Shown here in pieces: positions 24,839 through 37,189 of a stretch of 64,000 nt of DNA; positions within the stretch are counted from its first letter, which is position 1, and every line of letters starts with the position of its first letter. Under the pieces are notes generated by a model. It was given only the letters and a program-made list of their open reading frames with translations. It was not told the DNA's origin and made no database searches. The stretch is from Haliotis cracherodii. Taxonomy: Eukaryota. A program made the translations under genes and the position numbers. The DNA lies in the NCBI RefSeq assembly GCF_022045235.1, contig NW_027266343.1, forward strand, positions 28,272,001 through 28,336,000. Reading direction: 5' to 3'.

Positions 24839-26926
24839 ACAGAGGGTAAGTGCTGTCCATACCAAAACCGGAAGTTGGTTACCATTTTCTCGCTCTACAG
24901 TTAAGACAGTCATTTCACTCGAGCACATAAAGCATGTTTTGGGCAAGTTTTTAGACCTTTTAATTAAATCTGATGCCTTATGATCAACTTGTATCTTGCA
25001 CCGAAGGCCTTCCGGGCCATAATCAGTATGGTATTTACATGCAAATTTCAAAAGAAAACTTCGATATTTTATTTTTACTTTTGATAGTATACAGGTGCCA
25101 ACGCGACCTTCTAAAAACTTGATTTTCCCACACACTCATTCACTGAAGTCTCGATGGTCTCGTCTTCGGTGTTACCAGTAAAATATCATTAAGGTATATT
25201 TAAGGAAAATATCATTTTTCATAAAAATATCCATTTGAATTTGTTATTCCCTCTAATCACTCCACACACGTCACGTATGATGTGCGCACGCTGCAACTTG
25301 CAGCAGGTCATGATGGATCATGTCACCGGCTGTCCTCCCACGGAATACAGTAACCACAACCGATTCTTCATCTGATGCAAACGGATGGATTGTGATTCAT
25401 GCGAGTCAAACAACTGTTTTGTGCAAGTCCACATACTCGGCAGACAGTGTCGTGGTCATGGCGAGCACGGCGACCAAGACATGAAAGGCGTCGCAAGTCG
25501 CTGTGGGTTTACCGTCGCTCAGAACATTATTCCAGTTATATGACGGCCTGTCAGGTTAATGTGGGAGGAAGTGCAGGCCTCAGACGTTTACCACCCTGGT
25601 TAAACTAATGAGCAGGGATACGGTGTTGACAAACCTGGTAACACAATGACACAGGGGGTCAGCGCTGTCCATGCCAAACCGGAAGTTGGTAGGTAGCAAC
25701 TACCATTTACTCGCTGGACAGTAAAATATGCGATTTCACCTGCAGCATGATTTAGGCAAGTTTCAAGCTAGAAACAAAGTATGGGTTAATAGCTGTCCCG
25801 AACTTTGGTTATTTCTTAGACGCAAAGTCGTTCTTGACTGTTCATTCGAGTGTATTTCATTCTGTGGGAGCTAAGTACATGTTTGTTCCTTTGCCCTCTG
25901 TACCGACTCAAAGAAATACTTATATCGAATCAAGTATTTGCTGACAAAATGTTTAACAAATATTTGGCTAAATTATATTAATTGTTTATTACGTTACAAA
26001 AGGGTCTATGTAAAGTTCATCTTATATGTTCCAACATACCTTTGACTTGGAGTTATTTGGACATTATATATGAAGTGCAATGGAAGCAAAACGTCCCTGC
26101 TTATTTCCTTAGAAAGCGGACTGTACTGCATACTCTCTGTTTGAGGCCAGGGAAGAAGCAGGAATATGCAGTACACCTTTTTCGACTGTACTTTATGTGA
26201 TATAATTTGGCGCAACTGGTTTGTTTACAGGCTGCCGTCGAATTGAAGGAGTAATGGTGTGCAGCGTCAGGCAACAGACATTGACTTGTTTATGGGAATG
26301 GTGGGAGTGGTGGGTCCTACCCGTGGGGCAGGATATGCTTACCCTTTCATCACTGACTTGCAATCATCCATTCATGTAATTTCCCCCGCTATTTTGTCAA
26401 TGGAATGTGTATCGTCAGATAATGGAGACTGGATACTCTCGGGTGTATATTTCATACAAAATCAACACAAAACAGCATATTGTCCAAATAGTTTTTTTAT
26501 TGGTATCATATGTTAAGTTCCACTTATTAAGAGAAAATAATTACCAGAGTAAGTGAGTGAGTTCAAAGGTAACGTCGCATCGGCATTATTTCCGCCAGAT
26601 AGCGACGAGACCAAGTTGATGTAGTCAAATAGGAGTTATAGATGCAAGGTTATATTTGAAAACATTTTTTACAAACATATTTAGGCATGAACAAATTATT
26701 TATACAGTTTTAAACACGGGCTACAGGCCACGAGTAACCAAAGCTAGGCCACCTCACTGGGGGATCATGGGGACTTTCAGTACCTCGACTTCCTGGATGA
26801 TACCCCAGCAGGATTTACTTTAGCTACTGGTGGTTGTGAACAATGCTAGCCAATATTAAAATATACTCAACAGTGAGCTTAAAACACTGGTTGATGATAG
26901 TTACATCGATTATGATAGGAGTACGT

Positions 26927-27176
26927 TAGTTGGTTGGTTGGTTGGTTGTTTAACGCCGCACTCAGCAATATTGCAGCTATATGACGGCGGTGTGTGAATA
27001 ATCGAGTCTGGACCAGACAATCCAGTGATTAATATCATGAGCATCGATTCAGGCAAGTGGGATTGATGACGTGCATCAACCAAGTCAGCGAGCCTGACCA
27101 CCCGATCCCGTTAGTCGCCTTTTACGACAAGCATGGGTTGCTGAATACCTATTCTACCCCGGAATCTTCACGGGTC
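26927..27176 (-). mobile_element. SINE family A, full-length with 14-bp TSD
   Basis: TSD tgataggagtacgt at 26913-26926 and 27177-27190; (AACC)n tail. Confidence 0.95.
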
Positions 27177-28429
27177 TGATAGGAGTACGTATCACACAGG
27201 GGGACAATGATTATACTGTAGTTCAACGCCCTGGACAGAGCCTTCAGTAATGTCAGTTGACAATAGCATCACACCAAATTTAAATTATTCACATACATAT
27301 TTTTTTTTGTATACAGACCAATATCATTCAAGTAACTTATGATAAGATGCACGCTGACACGGGAAAATAGATCTTCAGATTTACGCTTTGATAATGTGAG
27401 TCCCTTGCGATTGCAAAGGATTATGGGATGATTTGAGGAGACACTTTTAAGTGTCAGAAGGCATGACGATAAATTAGAAAAGATGATGAAACTTTTAGAT
27501 TTGGTTTGTTGTTTAATATAGGTCAAAGCTGTTAAGATAGCTTTGGCCTCAGTGCGTGTGTGTGTTTGTGTGTGTGCGTGCGTGCGTACGTGCGTACGTG
27601 GTGTCCTATTTTTCGCAATTTTGACTGGCTGATGTGAATTCAAATTAAATGTTATTTTCCTGCAGAAAAGACTTGCGATCCGGAACTACTTTCTCAAATT
27701 TTGAAACAATGTCTGAAAACAATATCGGACACTCCCATGTAATCGGGCTGCCATACAATTACGAGAGCAACTTTACAGTACATGTTTATGCCACAGTCGT
27801 GATCCCCCGAACGGCCTTCTGTTTTGTCGGTGTAACCTACTTCTGCTCGATGGTTCCTTCCTTCCTTCGTGTTAATCCGGACAGAAACCGTAATAAGAAA
27901 CGTCCCTAATTTACATTTCCAGGGGGAAAAAATGATTGCTCTTTGAAATGGCAGATGGCCTGTGGAGGTTTGGGATATAGAAACTATTTTTTTTCTAGCG
28001 GAATACAGCTGCGTGGAATATGCTGTCCACCATTTTCGTTTGGCTGACAATACGGTAATGTATACTTTAAGGCAAAAGACATTCACCTGTGGCGTCAGGA
28101 TTAGCGACTATGAATACAAGCGGGGGAAATAGTACGCAGGACTGATTTAACTCCGCTGTGGAATGTAGACATAGGTTTACTGTGCATATACATTTGAAAA
28201 CTGCTTCGAGGGTTTTTCAAATCCCGAATCAAACGTCACTGACGTTACAGGATATTACATATTTATTTTTGCTTGAATCATTGTGATGCATTACTGCAAT
28301 AAGATCAACTGATTGTCAATACAATCTTGGTTTGACTGATGTCTTTACGATGTCTTTTACGTTGTATCTGTGTATGAGACGTGACTAACACGAGTGTGTG
28401 ACAGGACAGATTGACAGAGAAGCAGCATA

Positions 28430-28598
28430 CAGTCGAAACTCGTTATGTCTAACTTGTATGTGTCGAATTCATAGTCGTCTCGAATTCATTTGGGAGTCCC
28501 GAGTATCCAAATTACACATTTTCCTGATGTCTCGAACCCCGGATAACTCCAACGATTCTTCAGGACACGACGAGTTGGACACAACGTGGTTCCTTTGT
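28430..28598. mobile_element. Tc1/pogo-type MITE, degenerate
   Basis: Left end TA|cagtcgaaactcgttatgtc with a degenerate inverted right end (gagttggacacaacgtggttcctttg). Confidence 0.5.
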
Positions 28599-29837
28599 CA
28601 TTGACCGTGCTCTAACTTATTCAGTTGTTCGGGAAACACCACTTGGCCTTCTCGGAACTTCTTTTTTCCCTTTTTTACCAATTTTATGAAAAATGTTTGT
28701 CGCCAGTAAGATTGGAAAGGGTGAATACTCCAACGAAGGCTAACGAATGTAGTCCTCTGCCACGGCGACATGTGAGAATTATACGAAATTAACAACTAAG
28801 TATTTACTTACATCAGGACTAATTGTTTATCCGTTCTGAACTACAAAATATGTGTTTTTTGTGCAGTTTAAATATGTTACTCTATGCATTGTAGCATTTG
28901 TATGAACTTGTGATGTGGAACAGATAGAAAAGCAATTACTATTATCTTGATCAGGGCTATGTTTGCTCATAATAGGCCCATCAACACGGGCAAGTAATAT
29001 TTAGGTGATAGATAAATGTGCTCGAGTTGGTCCAAAATAAATGGTATACTTGCCTCGGGACATGCATTTTATAACCCGAGTCGGCAAAGGGCGAGGTGCA
29101 GGTGCGAAAGGCTCGGGAAACATATTTCACGTGCATCACAGAGGGGTCACTCACAGTGTTCTTACAGTGGAGCATTAAGTTCCTGAATCAGTGAATGTCT
29201 TTCAAAATACCTATAAGGCTTTCAGGTGCTATATATGTTGGACATGGCTTGTCCGCGCCTCGGATTCTTACTAACCATTTCATCGATTAGGCGTCGTGCC
29301 ATAACCTATTCTAAATAGTTTGTAATAATTTGTATCCGAAAACAAGCTGTCGAGGTGAAGACATGTTTCCATGTTCATTACCATTAGTAATTTAGGGCGC
29401 GATGTATGCGCACCTAAAACCGGATGTGGTACAGATATGACCACAGTTATTTTCCTTCTTTGCTGTCTGCAGTGACATGACAGCCGGCAATAATTAATAT
29501 CTATCGTTGGCTGTTCTCCTGTTGCATGCTGACTAACCCGTCGCTGAAACAACATAACAGCAGCCTTGTGTCACCCATTTTCATGAGGCAAGGGAGTTAA
29601 CTGACTATAATAAGTAAAATTTCTGCAGTTAACTGCAATGCAGATTTTGGTCGATTGCAGGATTTGCAAGGCATGTGTACCGTTAACTTACCGTCAACAG
29701 ATATTTTCCATATTTTCGCGAAGTAGGACCCGTTTTGTTACAATATAGATCTTGATTATCCATCAGATCGTCTCGACTTGGCCGCCGCAATATTGTTTTA
29801 AGCAAATGCAAGTGATATGATAGGTGGAATCTGATTG

Positions 29838-29920
29838 GTGAGGTGAGGTGAGGTGAAATTGGGTTTAACGTCGCGTCCAAGATTATGGCACTTATATAGC
29901 GACGTGCATGCACGTGTGTG
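29838..29920 (-). mobile_element. SINE family C, 3' fragment
   Basis: (GTGAG)n tail and cacttatatagcgacgtgcatgcacgtgtgtgg, as at 53910-53990. Flanked by a repeated tggaatctgattggt. Confidence 0.7.
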
Positions 29921-30375
29921 GAATCTGATTGGTCAATAGGAGGGACATGAAAGGGACATAACTCGTAACAGCCACTGGTGGCGCTGCGATGGAACACTGA
30001 AAGTCGGTTAACTCCCTTGCCTCTGGAAGATGGGAGAAACCGTCTAGATTTCTCAGTAACCGTCATCAACAATGGCAACCGGAAGTTTCAAGCCGAAACA
30101 CACACATCGGCCTGAAGTCAAATTATGGAAAGCTGGAGTCAATACCATGTACAGGTTGTGGATAAAAAAACGCAACCAAATACAAATGTCTAATCTTTCA
30201 TCAAAGCTATCACAAGTAATAAAAAAATGGCTCAGATTGAAAAGTCCATTTGAACAGGGCACTATATTCTCCTATTTTCCTTCTGGGTGAACAATAGTCC
30301 AGCTCATGCTGGAGACCCGGTCATGTCTACATTTCAGTAATAATTCTTTTGAGATACAATTGACCATGCTCTTTC

Positions 30376-30491
30376 TGTTTGTTTGTTTGTTTGTTTGTTT
30401 GTTGTTTAACGCCGCACCCAGCAAAATTCCAGCTATATGACGGCGGTCTTAAAATAATCGAGTCTGGACCAGACAATCCAGTGATTGATAT
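30376..30491 (-). mobile_element. SINE family A, 5'-truncated
   Basis: (GTTT)n tail plus the family A 3' half. Confidence 0.85.
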
Positions 30492-30677
30492 GTGCGCTTT
30501 CTGTGAAGATTTCAAAGAGTATCATACGACTTCTTGCTCAAGAGTTGTCTGATCAGGATGACAATATTCTGAAAAGATTTTAAAAAGTTTCACATGATTG
30601 GCACGTGCAGAACATTTCCAAATTTGACGCATCCGTAACTAAAATGATGTCCGACGTTATTCCCTGTCTTAAGAACT

Positions 30678-30913
30678 TGAAGATCCGGGTTAGAATAGGT
30701 CTGCAGCAACCCATGCTTGTCGTAAAAGGCGACTTGCGGGATCGGGTGGTCTGACTCGCTGGCATAGTTGTTGCATGTCATTTATCCTAATTGTGTAGAT
30801 CGATCAACGTGATGTCAATCACTAGATTGTCTAGTCCAGGGTCGATTATATACAGACTGATGTCATATAGCTGGAATATTATTGAGTGCGGCGTATAACA
30901 CCAAACAAACAAA
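30678..30913 (+). mobile_element. SINE family A
   Basis: tgaagatccgggttagaatagg through to an (AAAC)n tail. Confidence 0.9.
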
Positions 30914-31045
30914 GAAATTTCTATCTTGATTTGTGCCCTATGTTTGTTCAGGTGAACACTGCACTTTGTGACTGCTGCCACAGATGGGGCAGAATACGTT
31001 CATCTTTTCGCGAACACCTCATATCAACAACATCTGATAGTGATT

Positions 31046-31306
31046 GATTGATTGTTGTTTAACGCCGCACTCAGCAATTTTCCAACTATACGACGGCGGT
31101 TTGTAAATAATCGAGTCTGGATTAGACAATCCTGTGATTAATAACATGAACATCGATCAACGCAATTGGGATCGATGACATGCATCAACCAAGTCAGCGA
31201 GCTTAGCCACCCGATCCCGTTTGTCGCCTCTTAAGAAAAGCATAGTCGCCTTTTACGGCAAGCATGGGCTGCTGAAGACCGATTCTAACCCGGATCTTCA
31301 CGGGTC
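31046..31306 (-). mobile_element. SINE family A (double-hairpin variant), full-length with TSD
   Basis: TSD tgatagtgatt on both sides. Confidence 0.93.
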
Positions 31307-31487
31307 ATTTGATAGTGATTCACAAGCACATGTTTATGGTGTAGTAAGAATCGTACAATGGACCCTGCTTTCAGCAGAGATTTCTTAAGACTATGGAAAG
31401 GATTTTGTCGCGTTTACCTACTGTGCAGTATATCAATACACATTTAAGAACGGAAGGACGACAAGCACTGTATCCCTTTCGGCCAAA

Positions 31488-31753
31488 GACCAGTGAAGAT
31501 GCGGGGTAGAATAAGTCTTCAGCAACCCATGCTTGCCATAAAAGGCGAATATGCTTGTCGTAAGAGGCAACTAACGGGATCGGATGGTCAGGCACGCTGA
31601 CTTGGTTGATGCAGGTAATCGATCCCAATTGCGTGGATCGATGCTTATGATATCAATCACTGGATTGTGTCTTCCAGACTCGACTATTCACAGACCGCCG
31701 TCATATAGCTGAATATTGCTGAGTGCGGCGTAAAATAACAAACCAAACCAAAA
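31488..31753 (+). mobile_element. SINE family A (double-hairpin variant), full-length with TSD
   Basis: TSD cctttcggc on both sides. Confidence 0.93.
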
Positions 31754-33596
31754 CCTTTCGGCTAAGTGTCAAACGTTAATGGATTCTTTCGTCTTTTAAG
31801 ACCTGACTCCGATCACTTACCAAGGCTGCCTAAAGACAACTCACTCATTCACTCATGTATCTAAATAATTCATACGGAACAACAAAGTCAATCTGTTCAA
31901 ATTAGCATTTGCTTTACAAGACATTTTGAACTCTTGCACTGAGTTCAGATGAATCCGACCCTTGTCAGTGGAACGCCATTATTTAGTTCAACCCCCTTCA
32001 ATCCCGGCAATATCATTTGCAGTGGAAGCGTCCGGATTGATAATGCATTGATTAAGGGAGTCCAGCTTCACGAGGTTTTAGTATACATTGAAAATGTTGT
32101 GCTCTGTACTTCCTTAACGTTTCGGTAAGGGCACTGTTATCCTAAAATAGCATATTTAACAGTATAAAAACTAGTTGGTGTTTTTGTTTTTGAAATGCGG
32201 GAACACAGACAGTGGTGTGCAAGACAGACGGAAGTGAAACAGTGAAGCATGAGTCATACCAACACAGTTCCGATAGACCACCATAGTTTCTGCAGGGCGA
32301 GGACCTAAATCATCAATCAACCGATTTCTAGATAAGCATCCGCTGACGAGAAATTATCTTTGATTTTGTAGATTTGATGGAAAACCAGTGGGAGCAGTCT
32401 CCCCATCTTTCATCATTAGACAAGCTCTTATCGAGATTTATCATTTTGGGTAATCACCTTCCAATGAAATCTATGAAGCGAACAGTATGGGGCATGGACG
32501 AAAAGGTGCAATACAACCATGCAATAACAATGTTGCACATGGACTGATCGACTCAGCCATCGTCTCTAGTTATTTGTGGACTAGCCGATATCAAACTCAT
32601 TTTCTTTACAAAATGTACATGATGTTTTTTTTCAAATATTCCGCTTGTTTAATTCCCGAAGCAATTTACCTGGCATATACTTTCATATTTTTTGCGCATA
32701 TATGTTATAGAGCGTGTGTGAGCGTCGTGCGTGTGCGTGCGTGTGTGAGCGTCGTACGTGTGCGTGTGTGTGTGAGCGTCGTGCCTGTGCGCAGTTTATA
32801 CCGAGCATTACTTGTTGTATCCCAGACGAGGTTTGAGGCTTCCGGTTTTAAATTGTTGTTTTTTAAACGGTATAAAGGTAATTTTATAACAGCTGATGCT
32901 ATTTGGTACTATGGTGATACACGTGTTCACCCGTAGCGCTGAATAAACCCCTTTGTTTCTTTAAACACCGTCAACCATCATCCCACAATCACCTCCCACC
33001 ATTACGACAAACCATCACACCAGCGAAACCACCCACTATCACCCCGTCGCAAAGAAATATTATTATTTGGTTATTGACGGTCGAATTATTTGGAATCATC
33101 ATTCGATATGTCATGACCAACCACGACATCTGTTTGCCGAAATATTATCACGTATAAAAATGTTCGTAACTTAACCCGTATCCAGCTTGGGGTTGACGAA
33201 ATTGGTCGACCACAGTGGTATATATGACTTGAGTTGGATGAATATGCGTATCAGAACCATATTCCTAGTTTTGAAATCAGCGACATGAACCATTTTTTCT
33301 GCCAGGCTTTTTAGCCATTTTTCGGTGTAAGACAGCATTGACACTTCTAACAAAATTAACAGTAAAATTGACGAAAACTTTAAAGCTTGTAAATGAATCA
33401 AAATTCGGTCTCTTCCCCGCTTTGTGGTCTGAGTTAAGACAAAATAGAAAAGGTATATCCAAGTTGACACATAGTTTTCACTTGTACATTCCATTAAAGT
33501 GAAATTAAGAAAGAAAAGTGATCGTGGCAGTTGTAGTAGTTGTAGATGTAGTAATTCTGAAATGGTGGTAGTAGATGTGTAATCAGTAGTAGTAGA

Positions 33597-34577
33597 AGCA
33601 TTCTTTTGGTGTTGCTGATTGGACGAAACAAGAAATTCAGCGTATTGACACCCTGACACGAAGAATCATGTCAGACAATAGATCCCACCACCCTCGCTCT
33701 TACCTCAATCGCTTATATTTACCAATCATAACGGGAGGACGTGGTATGATTAACGTTGGGGCTCTTCATGATAGAATTGTTTTGTGCACATTTGTTTGAT
33801 GATCCTCTTGTGAAGTATGTCAAGGCTCATAGTGAATTTAATGAGACTGTCCAACACAGTCTGTGATGCCCAGCTTTGGCACACACACAGTATCTTAAAC
33901 GACACGATGGTGTAGCTCGATCATTTTATTACCGTCTTCGTCATGCTTCTGGTTTTGACACAGAGGTCCATCCATTGTACGACCCGGAATATGTAGAGGG
34001 CGTCATGGAAAATGATACATACAAAATTCTTTGGAATAGGCCCGTATATTGCCTCATACCTATCCAGGCCAACAAACCTGATCGTGTCTTTTTTATAAAT
34101 CCAATATAATCATTTATATCATTGAATTTTCTGTCCCCTTTGACACTAATGTGATTGACAAGATTGAGGAAGAACATGGCAAATATGCAGACCTCGCTTT
34201 CGAAATGTCACGCTTGCATCCCAAGTACCAAGGTGTCCGACTCCCCATTGTTCTCGGTGCCTTAGGTTTGGTACCTCCCAATCTGTTGACTGACATCGGG
34301 AGAGTACCCGGGTTTGCTACCAGGAATACAGCCCTTCTGACAATCTGGGTAATGCAGAAGGCTGCAGTGTTGGGGAGTCTTCAAATTCTTCTGGGTAGGT
34401 GTGACGAGGCAGCGCTTCCTGGGAGAATTCCCATTCGCTGTCTGGGCTGCGTGTAGAAGGGGCAAGGGCTCTGAGCTGATGATGAGCCTAACCAGCCTCA
34501 CTGTGCCTGGATCACCCAAACCCTGTTTGCTGCATTTATAATTTTAATCTGTAAATAATAATAATAATAATAATAAT
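33597..34577 (+). mobile_element. R4/Dong-clade non-LTR retrotransposon, 5'-truncated 3' end (post-RT region, CCHC remnant, restriction-like endonuclease, 3' UTR, (TAA)n)
   Basis: Translates as SFGVADWTKQEIQRIDTLTRRIM...HHPRS...RLYLP..GGRGM, then ETVQH..CPALAHTQYLKRHDGVA, KILWN..KPD, IIEFSVPFD..KYADLA, PIVLGALG and MQKAAVLGS. Ends in a TAA microsatellite. Confidence 0.88.
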
Positions 34578-34645
34578 GGACTGCCTCTCCGTAGTGGGCC
34601 TAGATAGGGAGGATTTAATCTGAACCAAACGTACATCACCCAATT

Positions 34646-34800
34646 TGAAGATCCGCGGTAGAATAGGTCTTCAGCAACCCATGCTTGTCGTAAGAGGCGT
34701 CTAACGGGATCGGGTGGTCAGGCTCGTTGACTTGGTTGATCATGTCATCGTATCCCAATTGCTTGGATCGATGCTCATGATGTCAATCACTGGACTGTCC
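34646..34800 (+). mobile_element. SINE family A, 5' part, inside the Dong 5' region
   Basis: tgaagatccgcggtagaataggtcttcagcaacccatgc through caatcactgga. Confidence 0.88.
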
Positions 34801-35922
34801 GCAGTGGGAGGCACAGAACCCACCCAAGAATAACTTCTTGAGTGTGCGAAAGAAACGGGATGGTCATTAATACCACGAATAAATGGCAAATTACTGACGC
34901 AGCATGGGGATAAAGCTATACCAATGTATGCATATCCGACAGCAGAATATTCGTGATCAGCTCCGGCGACTAAAGCTGTATATGCGCCGTGAACCTGATG
35001 AGCTAACTGCCAACACCCGTCAGGCTACTTTGAATGAACTCTCAGACACGAAATTGAAAATGAACGTTCGAATCATTCTCCTTTAATTACCTGATGCAGT
35101 TGTCACGGATGACCCACACATGGGCTCACAAAATAAATTCCCTTATGTCGGCCTCGAAGATTTTAGTTCCGATCTTTCCGATGATCCCTTGTATATTTTG
35201 TTTAAATCTGTGATTTACCGATTGAGAAACAGAGGCCAATTAAACAATTTAACCAATCATTTACACAGAATGAACTCGATAAATTGAATAACATCATTTC
35301 TGTAACTTGTAATGCGGACTGTTCTTGTGTCTGTACTGCTGCTAGAATACTAGAGGAACTCCATACAGCTTCCAAAGATAATGAACAAAAGGAAAAAGGT
35401 GAATGAACAAAATCACCAAAAGAAAAATCCTGCTCCAAATAAACTGAAACAAAGAAAGATATATCCTGGATAGAATTTTGCTTTAAATTACCTTAGGGTA
35501 ATCAATATCAAAACCTCAAAAATCAGTTTGGAAAAAATGAAAACAAAGTATACGACGACAAAATAGAAAATTCTAAATCAAATTCTAGATTCCCTGAAGG
35601 CAAAGGTAAAGGTTTGGACAGAAAGAAAAAGAAAGTGGGACAAGAAAATTAATTTCATAAAACAAAATAAACTGTTCAAAACTGAAAATGAAAAACAGTT
35701 TTGTAAACGGGCAGTTCAACGCAACCAGTGACAGTAATGAGAACAGGAACCATGGCCAGAGGAGTACAGGGATACTGTACGGGACAAAATAAGGTCACCT
35801 TTGTTGTGTTTCATTACACCTGATTGCCGGAAAAATGTAATGAAAAAGTATAATACTAATACGGCACCAGGGCCTGATGGTATTCGAAACTGGTTTTGGT
35901 AACGGTTCATTTGTGTCCAAAC

Positions 35923-36157
35923 GACCCGTGAAGATCCGGGTTAGAATAATCAGTCTTCAGCAACCAATGCTTGTCGTATGAGGCGACTAACGGGATCGGT
36001 CTGGTCAGGCTCGCTGACTTGATGCATGTCATGGTATACCAATTGCATGGATCGATGCTCATGATGTCAAGCACTGGATTGTCTAGTCCAGAATCAATTA
36101 TTTTACAGACCACCGTCTAATAGCTGGAATATTCCTGGGTGTGGCGTTAAACAACAA
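35923..36157 (+). mobile_element. SINE family A inserted in the Dong RT
   Basis: Full head gacccgtgaagatccgggttag. Its tail is interrupted by repeat X and resumes as aacaaacaaac at about 37177. Confidence 0.9.
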
Positions 36158-37176
36158 ATAATTTTATAATTTGAAGTTTACACGATATACGACTTTTCCA
36201 TTGGACGAGAGCTCGGTGACATGACCGCGAAATTGACGTCCATAAGTGTATGAACGACACAATTTGACGTTCATACGTTTTTCACGAGACTGTTCTTGAA
36301 ATGACGTAAACACTGACGGACTACTTCCACATTCCTGGGGAAACCCCTAGGAATACCCCAGCAAGTAAACATACATAAGCGTCTTTCTGATCTTTTAGAA
36401 CCTTTAATCTTTGTATCAGCGTTTCAGTATGCATTGAGAAAAGACGGAGAGCTTGACTGTATGATTGTTCAAGAATATCCTCGCTATGGCCCATCCTAAT
36501 GAGCAAACGAAGAAATGCACATCCAAACTATCGTAGTATCGACTCGATCCGTGTCTAGGCTGACAGTGACCGTCTCCAGCAATCTATGAATTTACCTCAG
36601 TGTCTGTTTGACGCATCTTTAATCACCTTTCAATGATCGGCCAGTTGATCAATGATGACTAACACATGTAACCATGTAACCGCCACAGGTTCATTAACAA
36701 CTTCGGAAATCTCTCCCGTCACGTTTATCGTGTCGGCCATTTTGACGTCTTGTACTCGATGTAAATGTATTACGACGCGCTGTCATTGTGACTGACTTAC
36801 TGAGGTAGTTCTTTGCAGACCTTTCTCATCTTATGATAATATTATTTGAATACATGTGTTGCATAAGACGTTTCTGAAGAGCAAATTATGCATCCATTCG
36901 CTCATGTCACCTCTCTTTTTGAGGAACTATTTTATTCCGCGATATAGCTGGTTATTGTATGGATGTCAGAGTAAACATGAAGTCACACGTACTAAATACA
37001 ATCGTGTTTCGATCTTGGCCTACATCACTTGAGGTAAGAAATTGTGATAAAAAATTATAAGAATATGCTTTCACTTAGTGTGAGCTCATTGGAGTATGAA
37101 CCTTCATAGAGTGAGGGCCAAACTGTATGAACGTCGGAGCTCCAATGAACTCACACAAAGTGAAAGTCAATTCTTA
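36158..37176. mobile_element. Repeat X copy 2 (Crypton-like) with complete terminal hairpin
   Basis: Colinear with 23432-24405. Hairpin arms taagaat...cattggag (37058-37094) and ctccaatgaactcacacaaagtgaaagtcaattctta (37140-37176). Confidence 0.72.
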
Positions 37177-37189
37177 AACAAACAAACTT

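Noticed and set aside
24584-25135. 183-aa minus-strand ORF
   Set aside because: Runs across SINE B and a neighbouring repeat; a chance open frame.
34470-34530. Hammerhead ribozyme core (ctgatga) in the Dong 3' UTR
   Set aside because: No properly placed GAAA or stems II/III follow it.
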